Positions 13,236 through 26,527 of a stretch of DNA of 64,000 bases are shown here, one piece after another. This DNA comes from Azolla caroliniana (lineage: Eukaryota > Plantae > Polypodiophyta), in contig JBHGNT010000003.1 in the NCBI GenBank assembly GCA_043228905.1, forward strand, positions 19,964,001 through 20,028,000, read 5' to 3'. The position numbers and the translations under genes were made by a program. Below the pieces are notes generated by a model, which was given only the letters and a program-made list of their open reading frames with translations, did not search any database and had not been told where the DNA came from. Every line of letters begins with the position of its first letter. Within the stretch, counting starts at the first letter, position 1.

Positions 13236-13783
13236 TGAATCACAATGCAAACTACTCTCTCTCTCTCTCTCTCTCTCTTGAAACACCATGTAGCAACTTA
13301 GAGTCATGCACAACCTCGAGAGATAAAGAGCCATTTATTGTAGCAAAAAATAACATCATGAAATCAACTCACGTCACATGGGTCCAATACAAAAGTCACA
13401 CATGTTTTAGTGTTGTCATTTGGATCATATGTTTCAACAAAGTGTCCGTTCAATTATCATGACTCCCTATACTAATTTCATGTGAAGATTGTGTGAGTAG
13501 ACATAATGAGTTGAGATACAAAGATAACAACTTGCATAAACACCTCACTCAATGGTTGTGTACTTAAGCCCAATCCAAGAATTTTGGCAAAGGCGTATAT
13601 AGAGATTGACATTTAACTCTAGATTGTCAATGACAATATTTGGTTTTCCCTCCAACAGTGCCATCGACAAATGATTAAACTTACCACATCAACCCAAACA
13701 AGGAGATGGTGATACAATGTTTTCATGATGGTATTGTAGGTCTTGGATGTCATCAAGTACAACGTGAAACATGATATCATCAT

Positions 13784-15126
13784 TTCCTTGCCGTGCGGAT
13801 CTAGTAAGAAAAACTTTCAGAGTAATTCCACCAATAAGCATCACACGAGATGTTGCATTTTGCCCTAGCAAAAAGACAAGAGAAAAGACAAATACGAGGA
13901 CCAAACTCCATATTATACATCACGCCTTAGAGAAAAGACCAATTAACAACTTATATGCTTTTTCCTAAGCTAATTGCATCATAATCATTTGTTGATGTGT
14001 ATGTCTAGCATAATTTGTAGTCATTTGAACATTCAATACATTATGCAATATATTTTTACCTGCAATAAAACCATATTGAGATGCATGAATAAAGTGAGGT
14101 AAGAATTTCTAAAGTTTGTTCGATTATGTCTTTGCAAAAACTTTGTACAACCCTCCCATCAATGAACTAGTCCTTCATTGATGAAATGACCCCAGAGATG
14201 GTACCTTTGGTATCAATTTGATTAGGCCCACCTTCGAGCTCTCATGCATGAATGAACTCTTAAGCATGCAAGCATATATTTTAAAAACTTCATTTGTAAT
14301 ACCATCCCAACCTGTGCTTTTACCATTTGGAAGGTGTAACAATACCTTTTCCACCTCAACTTCTTCAAAATCAACATCTAACGCTTGACAAATATTTGTA
14401 TTTACAACATACCCAACCACATTATAAACCACTTGTCGTGCTTTCAACACATCATCATTAATAATTAGCTTGTACAAGATAGTTAATAATCAACTCTCTA
14501 TAATGAGAAATACATAACTCAATAACCTTGATTGGGTCTACAATAATGTCATCTCCTATCTTAATTTGCACAACATTCGAACGAACATATAATGTAACTG
14601 ATGTAGCCTTGCCTTTTAATACTTTTGACAATACAAATTCTTCACAATGTCTTGTAACTAAACTTGAAGATACAAATGCTCTTCATCATTTGGATTATTC
14701 ATCGATAGTATATTGCATCTTGTAAGAATATGTGAAAACTTACCATACATACGGTGAATATCATTGATGTTTTTTAATGTTGAGTCCCATGCATGCCATC
14801 CCTTTGAATTAACATGTTTTGAAAACATGCTAAAAATTTGTTGCATGTAGTCATCAAATAAGGAATGAAATGATAAAGAAGAATTAAACCTCAAAGGAAC
14901 TGTCAAGCAATGTTTTGTACATATTTGATGTAAACTCAAAACATATGGGAAAATGATCCGATGTCACAACCTCTTGCACAATTGACATATTAAACATCTC
15001 TGACAAAAAGGACTCGTCATGTATAGGTTACATTCTATCCAACCTACCTACTCCATGTTTCCTTATATTCCAACTTTCTACCATGAAACTAAAATTCCAC
15101 CATTGCTAAAACATATGGGTCAATGA

Positions 15127-15128
<2 letters not shown>
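13784..15128 (-). mobile_element. Degenerate L1-clade LINE fragment, copy 2 (same family)
   Basis: ORF pieces homologous to 12420-13200 (KVLLHLPNGKSTGWDGITNEVFK; ATSRVMLIGG). It extends further 5' toward the endonuclease. The 5' end abuts (CT)n at 15129. Confidence 0.85.
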
Positions 15129-15164
<36 letters not shown>

Positions 15165-15489
15165 TAAACTTGTTCCTCACTCTTTGTAGAAAAATGGTTA
15201 TAATATATTGTTGGAATCAAGACCCTCAATAAATAAGGAAGTCACTTTATATATCTTTTTTCCCATTGTCATCATGCATCAAAAATTTCTCCTTGAAAAT
15301 ATTTCGTCATTGCAACCACAATATATGAGCTTGAAGTGTTGCTACCCAAAGGATTATGAAGTCCCCCAGCCACCATATGGTTGTCCATAGGTTATGCCCT
15401 CTACAAAAATGCTCTTTCTCTACAACGATCTAGACCATAATCATGACACACAATGCAAAGCGAAGATCCCCCTATCTTGACAACTCTCT

Positions 15490-15673
15490 TTTTTTATCAT
15501 AATTAGCTTAACCTAGTGGTAAGGTGTTAACACTACAAGCACTACGTCTCTCTATTATATACTTCATACATATCTCTTAATTCACTAGATGCCACTGTGG
15601 AATGTAGGGGTTGAGTCCATGACTACCTAGTCTCCCTTGGACAACCTTACCAATTGAGCTACATCCATCTGGG
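15490..15673 (-). mobile_element. tRNA-derived SINE (~185 bp)
   Basis: The minus strand has a Pol III A-box TAGCTCAATTGG, a degenerate B-box GGACTCAACCCC and a short A-tail. It is flanked by the direct repeat CAACTCTCT (15481-15489 and 15674-15682). Confidence 0.65.
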
Positions 15674-18489
15674 CAACTCTCTCTCTCTCTAACGCATGTT
15701 GCTAACGGCTCTTTCTACCGCTGCCGTCGTTGTCTGTTGTCATTGCTGTTGTCGTCTATCATCGTTGCTATTGTTGCCGCCATCCTATGTCGTTGTTGTC
15801 CGTCACCATTGCTCTCTCTTGTGTTAACTCTCTCTAACGACTGCGGCTAACAACTCTTTCTGTTGTCGTCGTTGTTGTTGTCGTCATCTACCACCATCAT
15901 CGTATGTTGTTGTTGTTGTTGTCGTTGTTGTCGTTGTTGTCAGTCGAGCAAGTGAGAGAACATAAATGTGTTTGTGCACTTGTACCTAGCATGCAAGGTC
16001 TTTTTTTGGTGGGTTGATTGCAAGCTCACAGAGTGGATGAGACATCCACCAATGCTCAGCTAAGTTTTCTGTCCTTTTCATCCTTTTCTTTCTTTATCTT
16101 TTGAATTACAACATGATTTCTAAACGAAACCATAAGGAAACACACGAAGAAACTATAAGGAAGAATTCTTAGATTTCCTTAACTATTTAGTTAAAATAGA
16201 AAAATGGGCAAAAGAGATTGAATCTGAAAAACAAAAAGATAAGGAAGAAAAAGACATGGTTATTGCTGATATAGCGAAACTTAAAGTAGACAACATGAAC
16301 TTTTAGAAACAAGTTAAGGACCTTGAGACATCTAGGGAAGATGGTGAAATATCCTCCCTAGAGGATATTAAGGACGAGTTTAAAAAGGTTAAGGAAGAGG
16401 TAAGAAGCGACATGGAATTAGCGAAAACCGGATGAGTCGATGTAGTAAAACGTAATAGTAAGAAGGAACTAAAGGATGAAAACATTGTAAACACTACCCT
16501 TGAGGAGGAGAAAATGCGTCAAGCTTGACACCTAAATGTACGAGTCACTGGGCTCAAGGAAGGGGCATCTCCCGACGAAGATGCACAAACACTAGGGAAA
16601 ATGTTAGGGTACATAGAAGCCCGGCCAATCACCAAAACTTGGAGGGTAGGATGTGACACTACTAGGAAGAGAGCTTTAGTCCTTCAGTTTAAGGACTTGG
16701 AATCTAGAATCACATTTTTTTAAAAGAGACCAATTCTTCGAAGATTAAGCGGGGACCCTATCTACCTCGATGAAGACCTCACCAAGATGCAAATTGAGCA
16801 TCATAAAACTTGTATGTTGCGAATCATACAAGCTTTTTATCGAGACAAACGAGTGATAATAAATGATCGCACCGCCAATTGACGGCGTGTGCCCCATGTG
16901 ATAGCAATAGGATGACTTTATGGAACTGTAACGATGCACTTTGGACACACCCTGACCGTCTAGAGGAGATTTTGAAGGTATCTGATATACTTTTCTTAGT
17001 AGAAACACATCAAAGTCCAAATCGAGGACTGCCACGAGTTGATGGTTTTCGTTGGGAATTTGTCTTTAGACAAACCTCACGTCGGCACACTACTACAGGG
17101 TCTAGAGGGGTTGCGATACTATTTCGGAGAGAGATACATAATAGGATAGAAATACTAAAGACAAACCCAGAAACCCGTTTTATGTAGGTGAAAGTCCTCA
17201 CTAGCAAGGATTAGGCAATATTTATCGCCATTTGTTACTTCCCCCTGAAAGGATCCCTATATAATATGGCTGGAGAGGCGAGTATAGTTGATGAAGAAGC
17301 GCCACATGGGCCTTCGGCATACGAACCTTTATTGGATGAAATAATCCAATATTCTTCTCAAGGAGAAGTCTTCCTCGTAGGAGATTTCAATGCGAGAACC
17401 CAATCCCGACAATGCACAATATTTCAGATGCATAAAAACCTAGAAATGGTGAATGTTGAACCTTTAGCCATAGGCATAACACGTATATCAAAAGATTAAG
17501 GCGTGGACGCCATAAGCTTTGGCCATCATCTGCTTGAACTTGGAAGTCGACACCAGATTATCATATATAATGGTTTAGCCAATTGACCGGGCTCGAAAGA
17601 GCTCACATGTTTCCCACATGGAGGAGGGGAAAGCCCAGTTGATTACCTAATAGGACGCTCTGAAGCTACCCACATGATTAACTCCTTCCAGGTGGCCCCA
17701 TGCCTTATGGGTGCAGACCATAGCTTCTTATACTTTGAGCTAAAATGCGACACCTCCAACACCACCAACTCTAGTCAACCAAACCATCACACCACAATAC
17801 ATTTGACGCATGAGCTCTCTGACATCTACTCCCAACATGTTCAAGCCCATCTCTTCTCTTTTGATTCTTCCTTGCCTTTAGAGAACCTCACTACATAACT
17901 CACACACATCCTTCACTTGACAACAATTAGTAGCTTCCCATACAAGAAACACTCCAATCACATTAGAATAGGGTCTATGCCACATAACAAGTGGTATGAT
18001 CAGGATTGTAGAGACTTGTATATAACACTCAAAGTGTTGCGACTTAGTGGTACTATTTCCTCAGTACAGCCTCGCAAAGAGATGCGCAAGATGACACGTC
18101 GTAAAAGACGAACTTGGGAAGCATCTCAATATTGGGAACTCTACCATATGCTCATGAGTAGGGACTACGCCCTTGCATGGAAGAGACTACGAGAACTGAG
18201 ACCACAAACACCCATCGAGGATCCCAATATTTGGCACACATATACATAGAGACTTTACCACGTCCCAAACCAACCACCCATTCCAATGCCTTCCACACCT
18301 CGACCTACCATGGGGACACTTTTCACGACCTCTAAGGTCACAAAGGTCATAAAAAAATTACAACATAGGAACTCCATGGACCACACAGGATTGTGAACCG
18401 AGCACATCATATATGCTTGAGAGTGCCTAACCCCCTTTCTCACTCTAATCTTCAACCGCACCCTCGTCGAGGGTTTTCCACCACAATGG

Positions 18490-18801
18490 AGCATGAACAT
18501 AGTGGCCCCTATACGTTGTCGTGAAGAAAACCGGTCGTAGGCGGAATCGGAGAAAAAGGCGCATGAACAGGCTCTTACATGGGTGGACGCGAGAATTGAT
18601 ATTTCGTACATAATTCGTAATTAGGTCGGCTGATGTAAATACTAGAGCATGAACATAGTGGCCCCTATACGTTGTCGTGAAGAAAACCGGTCGTAGGCGG
18701 AATCGGAGAAAAAGGCGCATGAACAGGCTCTTACATGGGTGGACGCGAGAATTGATATTTCGTACATAATTCGTAATTAGGTCGGCTGATGTAAATACTA
18801 G
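18490..18801. repeat. Perfect 156-bp tandem duplication spanning the LINE/solo-LTR junction
   Basis: 18490-18645 equals 18646-18801: 27 bp of LINE RT plus 129 bp of LTR start. Confidence 0.92.
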
Positions 18802-19253
18802 GTAGTACACATTTATTAGGGGATTTGTGCGTATCTCTGTCGAAAGGGACAGGGAATAAAGCGATTGGACTAGGGAAGAAGGGTCTCCCCTTTGCGAACT
18901 ATTTAAGGAGGGAGAGAAGGAGAAAAAGGTATCGCGCGTTGGCGAGGACGAAGTGCTACTGCAGAACTGAGGGTCGAGCTCTCTCTCCTCTGATCGTCGT
19001 TCTCTGTGGGTGTCGGGAGTTCGTTGCCTCTGCTTCGTCGTGGACAGCCCGTGTGCTTCTAGCAGAGGCTCCCCCCCCCCCCCCCCTTTTTTTTAGTTTC
19101 TTCGAGTCGTGTGGCTGTCGTCTGTGTGTGTGAGTAGGACCCCGTGTCAGGTTCATTACCGGGTTACCGGTTGTAACCGTTCGAGTTGTAAGCTACTGAT
19201 TATAGTAATCGGATTCCTGTTTCTTGCTCTTATTTTTCTTTCTGTGTATCTGC

Positions 19254-19314
<61 letters not shown>

Positions 19315-19373
19315 TGGTCCAAGACCCCCGTGGTCCTGCCTCTTCCTACACGCGAACGCGAAACTTTGCGACA
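18673..19373 (+). mobile_element. Solo LTR (701 bp), TGTCGTGA...GCGACA family, inserted in the LINE RT
   Basis: Termini are TGTCG/CGACA, with a TATA-like TATTTAAGG at ~18900. Flanks are acgt/aagt. Removing the insert plus 4 bp restores the LINE frame IVAPIR|KGGDPMDPNTYR. Confidence 0.85.
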
Positions 19374-21703
19374 AAGTAAAGGAGGGGACCCAATGGACCC
19401 AAATACATATAGGACCATTATGATAGGTCATACGCTCGCTAAACTATATGGTGCAATAATGGAAGTAGAGCTCATCGATTATATGGAAACCTTAAGTCTT
19501 CGAGCACTTGAGTAGGCTGGCTTTAGACGAGCCTTCTCCACTAGTGACCAAATCTTCACACTTAGGTGCTTAATTGACCAGACGAAGGCTCGTAAGAAGA
19601 AACTATATTGTTGCTTTGTCGACTTCCGCAAAGCCTTTGACATAGTTCCTAGGGAGAGGTTGTTTGATAGGCTTAAAAGCTTGGAGATACCAAATGAGAT
19701 GATTTGGGCCATTTATGCTCTATATGAGCAAGTCTCTAGGTGCGTAAGATGCCCATGTGGCCTATTTGATTGCTTCACCAGCATCATTGGTGTAAAATAG
19801 GGTTGCCCCCTATCACCAACTCTTTTTGGGATCTACATTGATGAGATCACTGATTTTATTGCTCGTAAGGGAGGCAATGGAGTAGCCATTGGGGGTACGA
19901 AAGTTAGTCTCTTACTCTACACAGACGACATCGTCTTGCTCTCGGAGTCAGAACACGACCTACAAAAGCATCTTAATGCCCTAGATGTCTTTTACACACA
20001 ACAAGGATTGGTGGTGAATCTAGCGAAAACTAAAGTCCTTATGTTTCATACATCGTCCTAAGTTAGGAGTAAATGTCACCTAATCCTCTCTCATAAACCA
20101 GTTGAGGTAGTTGGATCATATGTATACTTGGGAGTCACTTTTAGTGCTTGTTCAGGTAAATTCTCGATCAACCAAAGATAGGCTAGCGAGAGGGTATGCA
20201 TCCCTCTCACTCTTAGAGAGACAATTCCACCAGGCATACTTTCAAGAGCCATGGACTAAGGGATGGCTCTTCGACTCACTAGTGACCCCTTCCCTCATGT
20301 ATGCATCCGTAACATGGGCTCCAGGTCTACCGTCTTTCATGTGGACGCAATTAGAGAGACCTTTGGTGACGATGGTATCACATCAACTCCGAAGCAAATC
20401 GATAGTACCACATGACATTATTAGAGCAGAGTTCAGTTTGCTCCCAATATTAGTAGAAACACTTTTCCAAGTGGTAGCTTTTATTCATCAGATACATAGC
20501 CAACCACAAGATAGGATATCCCGTTGAGCCTTTGAGGCATCCCGATCACTATATGTGTCTGGAGACACTAGCTCTTGGTATAGCATTGGTGTGAGTAGGT
20601 TACTTGCAAATGACATAGACATTAATAACTTACCTCCCCTGTTGTACAACCATGGGACTGATCAAACTTTAATCTCTCATGAAGACAGTAATAAAGTAAT
20701 ATGCCAAGAAGTATGGAAAATTTACACCCAATATAAATGGATTACCCCACAAGATCCACTCCCATCTAAAATGTTGTAAGGAACACTTCTTGCACTTTGC
20801 TAAGTTAGGTTTTATTACACAACCAAGATATCTAGATACATTCTTATCAAATGCACTAAGGGTGACCATTGGACAACTTAGGATATCATCTCACCAACTT
20901 GAGATTGAGAATGGTCGGGCTAATAGACTCCCTAGAGAGGAAAGGCTATGTAGGTTATGTCACATAGAGGTGGAGGATGAGTATCACTTTACATGCAAGT
21001 GTCCAACTTATGCCGAGATAAGGGCGGAATACCAAGACATATTAGGGCCCTCTCCCACCCTCTCCAAACTATTAGATACCCTGGATATAAAGAGACTAGG
21101 TAGGTATATCTTAGAGCTAAAACAACATAGGGAGAATAAATTACAAAGTGTTAACCATAACCCTTTTAATATTCATCAACATGTAACTAGTGTAATTTTT
21201 CAGGAACACGGGGAGACAATGAATGTGGATACACTTACGCCACTCGGCCTCTCTCTTGAGGAACCAGAAATGCAAAGAACAACCAAACGCCCTCGGATAT
21301 TGGGCTTCAAAACAACTCAACGTGGAGTAGAAACAATTAAGAAGATAAGGGAACGTGAGCTACACCGACTAGAAGCTATGGTTGGGGTACCTTTTACATT
21401 GGAACCACGGACCACATCCACATTGAAACCCCTTGACCTACCGCTTCTTTTCGAGAGACTTTGAGGGAAATGAAACTAGGCCTAGTATAAAGCCATTTCA
21501 TTTTAGAACATGTTTTTTTATAGAACATGTTTGTTATTTTACTAGAACTATTTAGATTAAGTTGTATTTATTTTATTTTTTATTTTTTATTTACTTTCGA
21601 TGAATGGGTAAATATCCCATTTTTGTTGTAAACCAATTGTCTCATAGGCCAATTTTGGCCTTAGAAGACGTTAATATTTCTTTCTCTCTCTCTCTCTCTC
21701 TCT

Positions 21704-22565
21704 ATGTGGAAATCTATGTGGAAAGAGTTTGAAAATGTCCAAAAACATTTTCTTACAAAGTTTCTACAAGTTAAGAAACAAACACCCTACACCCTCCTCC
21801 TCCTTGAGACGGGATTGCTTCCCATTGAGATCATGGCCATAGAAAGGGTTGTTGAATACATGCTTAAGGTTCAAAAAAGTCCCTCACATCGACTTCCTAG
21901 AATTGCGTGGGAAGCAAGCAAAAAGATCCAAAAGACGCATAAAAGCAAAATTGGATGTAAGATATAGAAAAATGGTTTGGTAGATGGGATGCGAGACACT
22001 TGCTTCATGATGCATCATTAGATTCCTCTGTAAATGAGGCCTTCTTGCAACGCCAATGTATCATGACATGGGACAAATGTGGAGGCCAACGCTTCACACA
22101 TTATACTACACATGTTGCACCTAACTACAAAACCATATTCTTTGTGGAACGGGGAAATCGTACACATCGATACATGTTAGAGCCCATACCGTTATCTGCC
22201 ATTCGAACCATTGCTTCCATGCGACTTAGCTCACATGCATTGCGATGTGAAACAGGGCGTTGGGGCACAAGTGATGAGAGGGGTCGACTATGCACACTTT
22301 GCCCTAAACAAGTTCACAAGTCTGAGTATCACACTTTGATACAATGCTCTGCCTTTGATCATATTCGACCATGATTTCCACGTCTCTTCGACCGAGCCCA
22401 ATCTTTGCATGAATTCCTCTCACAACCACAATGTGTACTCTCGATTGCAACATTCATTGGTAAAGTTCTTGAACATCGAGAGTCACTACTCACTTTCACA
22501 CGTATCACGTGAAATGTAATATTTTTTGGTCTCATAGGTCATATTTGACCTCCGAAGACGATAAT

Positions 22566-22570
<5 letters not shown>
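21704..22570 (+). mobile_element. 5'-truncated RTE-X-like LINE (second subfamily), C-terminal part of ORF2
   Basis: FENVQKHFL..LETGLLP..RLPRIAW and MRLSSHALRCETGRW..LCTLC..EYHTLIQC. Carries a 3' stem-loop homologous to the one at 21639. (CT)n lies on both sides. Confidence 0.82.
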
Positions 22571-22853
<283 letters not shown>

Positions 22854-23329
22854 TTGTCTATTTGTACCTCAAGCTCTATGTTTTGAGACAACATTTGGCT
22901 CCACAACCACATGTCCAAATATAGACCCCATTATTGCTCTTTTCATGAGAGACCGCAACATCTTATTGTTGCGACACTTCACTATCTTTGTCTCATCATG
23001 CGTTGCAACCTCTCACTGTCATAAGCTCACCCCTAAATTTTGTCATCCGATGAGAGAATATGTTGCTAATCAAACACTCATTCTGTCCAATCTTTATGTG
23101 TCACAAATGCAACTTACATATGTGTTGGTGATGTGTCAAAAAACATTAAGCTTGGCATCATATCAACGTGCACTCCATTATATATGATGTTTTGTTCTCA
23201 TTGTGACACATGATAGAAAGGAATGGATGCTATCATGAGCATTGAGGCTTCACCTTACAACCCTCGATTGATGATCAGCTAAACCTCATGGCAAGCTCAT
23301 CAAGAATTATATGAAGATTGTGTTACTTT

Positions 23330-23900
23330 TGACATGGTTTACACATAGGTGCCAATCATTTACTTGGACTTCAGGTGCAATTGAAGCATTTGAAAGCTTG
23401 AAGTGAGTGTTTACTTCTAAGACCATTCTAATCCATGTTGATCTAGTAAAGCCCTTCCTAAACAACGCTTATGCTTTAAATTTTGGTCTTTGAATTGTCT
23501 TCTCATGGACAAGAAATGATGGGTTTCATGTGGATTATAATCAATTCAAATGGCATGATGGGCTTAGTACTTTTTCGAAATACTCTTCTATATGTTCTTG
23601 GTGGCACTTCTTGACTCCCAAGTATTGTAATATTGTCATGACAACACATAAAGTTACCCCCCTCCTAGGAGAAGACGTGGTTAAGCTCTAGGAGATGACA
23701 ACCTACCTTATTATAGCAACATAAATCGAATTGGCAAACCTGATTCTGACTTCATGAGTAAAAGGTAGGGTATGCTTGGACAATGTCTCTTCTTATAGGC
23801 CCACTCATAAGACACGAGGTAACCCTATCATAAAAGCTCCTCACTACAAAATAAGAATCCTCCAACAAGGCCATTGCATTACACCATGTGAAATACCCAA
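23330..23900 (+). mobile_element. Highly degenerate Ty3/Gypsy pol remnant (RT-RNase H connection)
   Basis: Translates to FTSKTILIHVDLVKPFL..AYALNFGL, which resembles the APIL.HPD..KPF.L.TDAS motif. No intact ORF. Confidence 0.4.
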
Positions 23901-25551
23901 GTGCACGAACTACATTGTTGCACTACACCGTGTGGAACTCAGAGTGGGAACACTTGAGTTCTAACTTGACGATAACCAACATGCTTGCACAAATGATGAA
24001 ACATTGTGCAACCAAGAAAAAGAAGACCTTGACAATGCTAAAGAGCACAACAAATCCACATTGAAGCTCATATTAAGGATCAGAATAAACAACTCTCACA
24101 ACTTGGTGACCTTAGTGGAATAGAGACTACATACTACATCACCAAGCTAAAGGCAATAGTTACCACTCAGGTTATGGCCTTCAATGACATAATGCCCAAA
24201 ATGCTAAAATTCTTATATGTCTCTTCTTCTCATCTTTCATTGTGTTCGCATATCGTCTATTAACTCTTCATTTTGTGTCTCCTTAGTTCCTTGAGTTCCC
24301 ACAAGAATAATGATATTTTTAAAATTGATTAAAAAAAGTACATTTTCATTTCATTTTTTGTATCCTAGAAAAGTTGGCAATATAAATGTTATAAAGTTTT
24401 TTGCAAAATAAAATTATTAGTGCATGTGATCACAAACCAAATTTATTAAAGTTTTTGCGATAAAAAAAGTTACAAACCTAGAACGCATTGCTCAGGATAA
24501 TTTGAACCCACAAACTACACTATTGATATATTTGAATTTTAGAATTTCAATGACTAAAATCATGAAAATATAGGCAATCATTCATATAACTACAATCATA
24601 TTGTGCATTAGCATGTAATGCCATGCTTATAGATTTGTTGATGTTTTATAGGACAATATAGTTAAATTTTTATGGATTACATGGGACCATTAGTAATTAG
24701 GAAAAACTCAACCTATTCAAAATTTTAGGGATTCCGAGTTCTGAACTCCAACGTTTAAAAGTTTCAAAACTTAAACATGAAACTTTTAAACAAAAATTGT
24801 TTACCTAAAAAACTATTCACATCAAAACATTTGAGCAATTTTCAAGCTCAAACCAAACAGCCAAGAGATCTACAAACCATTAAGTTGTTAAGTTGTCATT
24901 TCAAGGTTCAGTTTCAACTCAATTTGAATTATTGATGATTGTATGCTCATTAAAAATTTCAAGAAAGCAAACAAAAACTTATATGTATATATATAATTTA
25001 TAAATGATGTAATATATAAAATTAATATAAGTTTTAACCTTTAACCCTAATGTTTTTACATTTTGTCATTGTTTTCTTCAAATTTCCCCTAAACCATTAA
25101 GCAATTTTGTTGTTTGGCCGATGACAGCTCAAAACGAACCTTTAGACCCCCAAATAGTACGAACTAGTTCAGTCATTTAGCCATTCAAATGTGTTTCAAG
25201 GGTTCACTTTGGTTCAAACTAAATTCCATGTGTGTGTGTGTTAGGATTTGCCATTGGATGTAGTGAAGATATGCATAAAAGTTTTCATGAGGAGGCAATT
25301 TGTTGTTAAATTTAATGAAACACTTCTTGCTCATTAGGAATATGGATGAACTACAAAAGACGATATCCTACATTTGGATGAATTATTCATTAGGGATCCA
25401 TGTCCTACATTTGGCTAAAACCATGATACAACTAAAATTATTGTTTCCCATCTAGCTTTCTTCATTTGAGCCAACATATGTAAAAAGGAAAGGGAAACGG
25501 TTTTTACTTGAAGTGTTTTCAATCATACTATAATTCAAGTAAATGCTACAT

Positions 25552-26527
25552 TGTCGCGGTATTCCATGTGGATCTGTTGAAATGGGGCAGGACCATCGGG
25601 GTATCGAAACCAAGGAGCCAAGAAGGGGAGAAGGGTTATCCGGATCGGTGTCTGGATAACTTTCGCCGGAGCACAGTTCCGGAGCCGGTAAGGAAGAAGA
25701 GTTTCCCGATCGGTGTCCAGATAACTTTCGTCGGAGCGCAGTTCCAGAGTCGGTAAGGAAGAAGATCGGTGTCTAGATAACTTTCACCGGAGTGCGGTCC
25801 AGACACGTATCCGATCCAAACCAGTCTCTAGATGCTAGATGGTGAGCACACGGACTCTGCACGCGTTATCAGTTTCGGTGTTGCGCCGGATAGCGAACAA
25901 CAAGCTCACGGCTCACACACGCAAGCAAGAAGGAACGACGACAAGAACACGACAGGGATGGAGAAAACAGAGAATAAGGAGACAACAAAGTAATATATTA
26001 ATTGGAGGAAGAGATTTACAACCGGACTCGGCCGGCAACAGAGCTTCAAGCTCTCCACGCTCACATGCACACTCATAGATGTTAGCGAGCCTCTAATCGG
26101 GAGCACACGAGATACCAACATGAAACGGAGGCCTCACAGCACAATGATAGGAAACAGAGAACAGAGAAAACGGAAGTCTGCAGAGCTTGGTCCGGCAGCA
26201 CTTCGTTCTCCAAAATCGTGGATACCTCCCTCAGTCTTCTCTCTCTCCTTTTATAGCTCAAGGAGAGAGAGACGGTTACATCAGGCTGTTAAGACTGCCA
26301 CTTTCTGTCCCTATTCCCTCCTCAATCTCCTTTATTCCTCTACTTAGTGTGGTCATAAAAGTACCTATCGAATCACTCCTACCTAGTATAATTTCATCAA
26401 CACTTAAACTAACACTATACTATTTACACATATTGGTACATCAAAACGGTTTTGTGTGCATTCGTGCAGACCCCCGTTCACACGCATCTGGCTCCTTTTC
26501 TCCTTATGCTCAGAATCCTTCACGACA
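25552..26527 (-). mobile_element. Solo LTR (976 bp), TGTCGTGA...GCGACA family
   Basis: Termini are TGTCG/CGACA. The TATA box TATAAAAGG lies on the minus strand at ~26250. The 3' motif CCCC..TGGTCCTGCC is shared with the other two solo LTRs. Flanks are acat/acgt. Internal ~68-bp tandem repeats at 25640-25805. Confidence 0.8.

Larger units (their letters stand above)
15691..21682 (+). mobile_element. Near full-length degenerate LINE, RTE-X-like (ORF1 plus ORF2 EN-RT-Zn finger), interrupted by a solo LTR
   Basis: (GTT/GTC)n-rich 5' UTR. ORF1 remnant ~16113-16860 (coiled coil, NVRVTGLKE, IYLDEDLT). ORF2 remnant ~16912-21464: APE-type endonuclease (LWNC, LVETH, GDFNAR, ADH), RT (DFRKAFD, GCPLSPTLF, YTDD) and C-terminal LRISSHQLEIENGR..CRLC..EDEYHF..CP.Y. 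Ends in a 3' stem-loop followed by (CT)n. Confidence 0.85.

Noticed and set aside
15590-15673. tRNA gene
   Set aside because: No complete cloverleaf and a degenerate B-box. The A-tail and TSD indicate a SINE.
21639-21669. LINE 3' hairpin as a hammerhead ribozyme
   Set aside because: It lacks the CUGANGA and GAAA core on either strand and is better explained as a LINE 3' recognition stem-loop.
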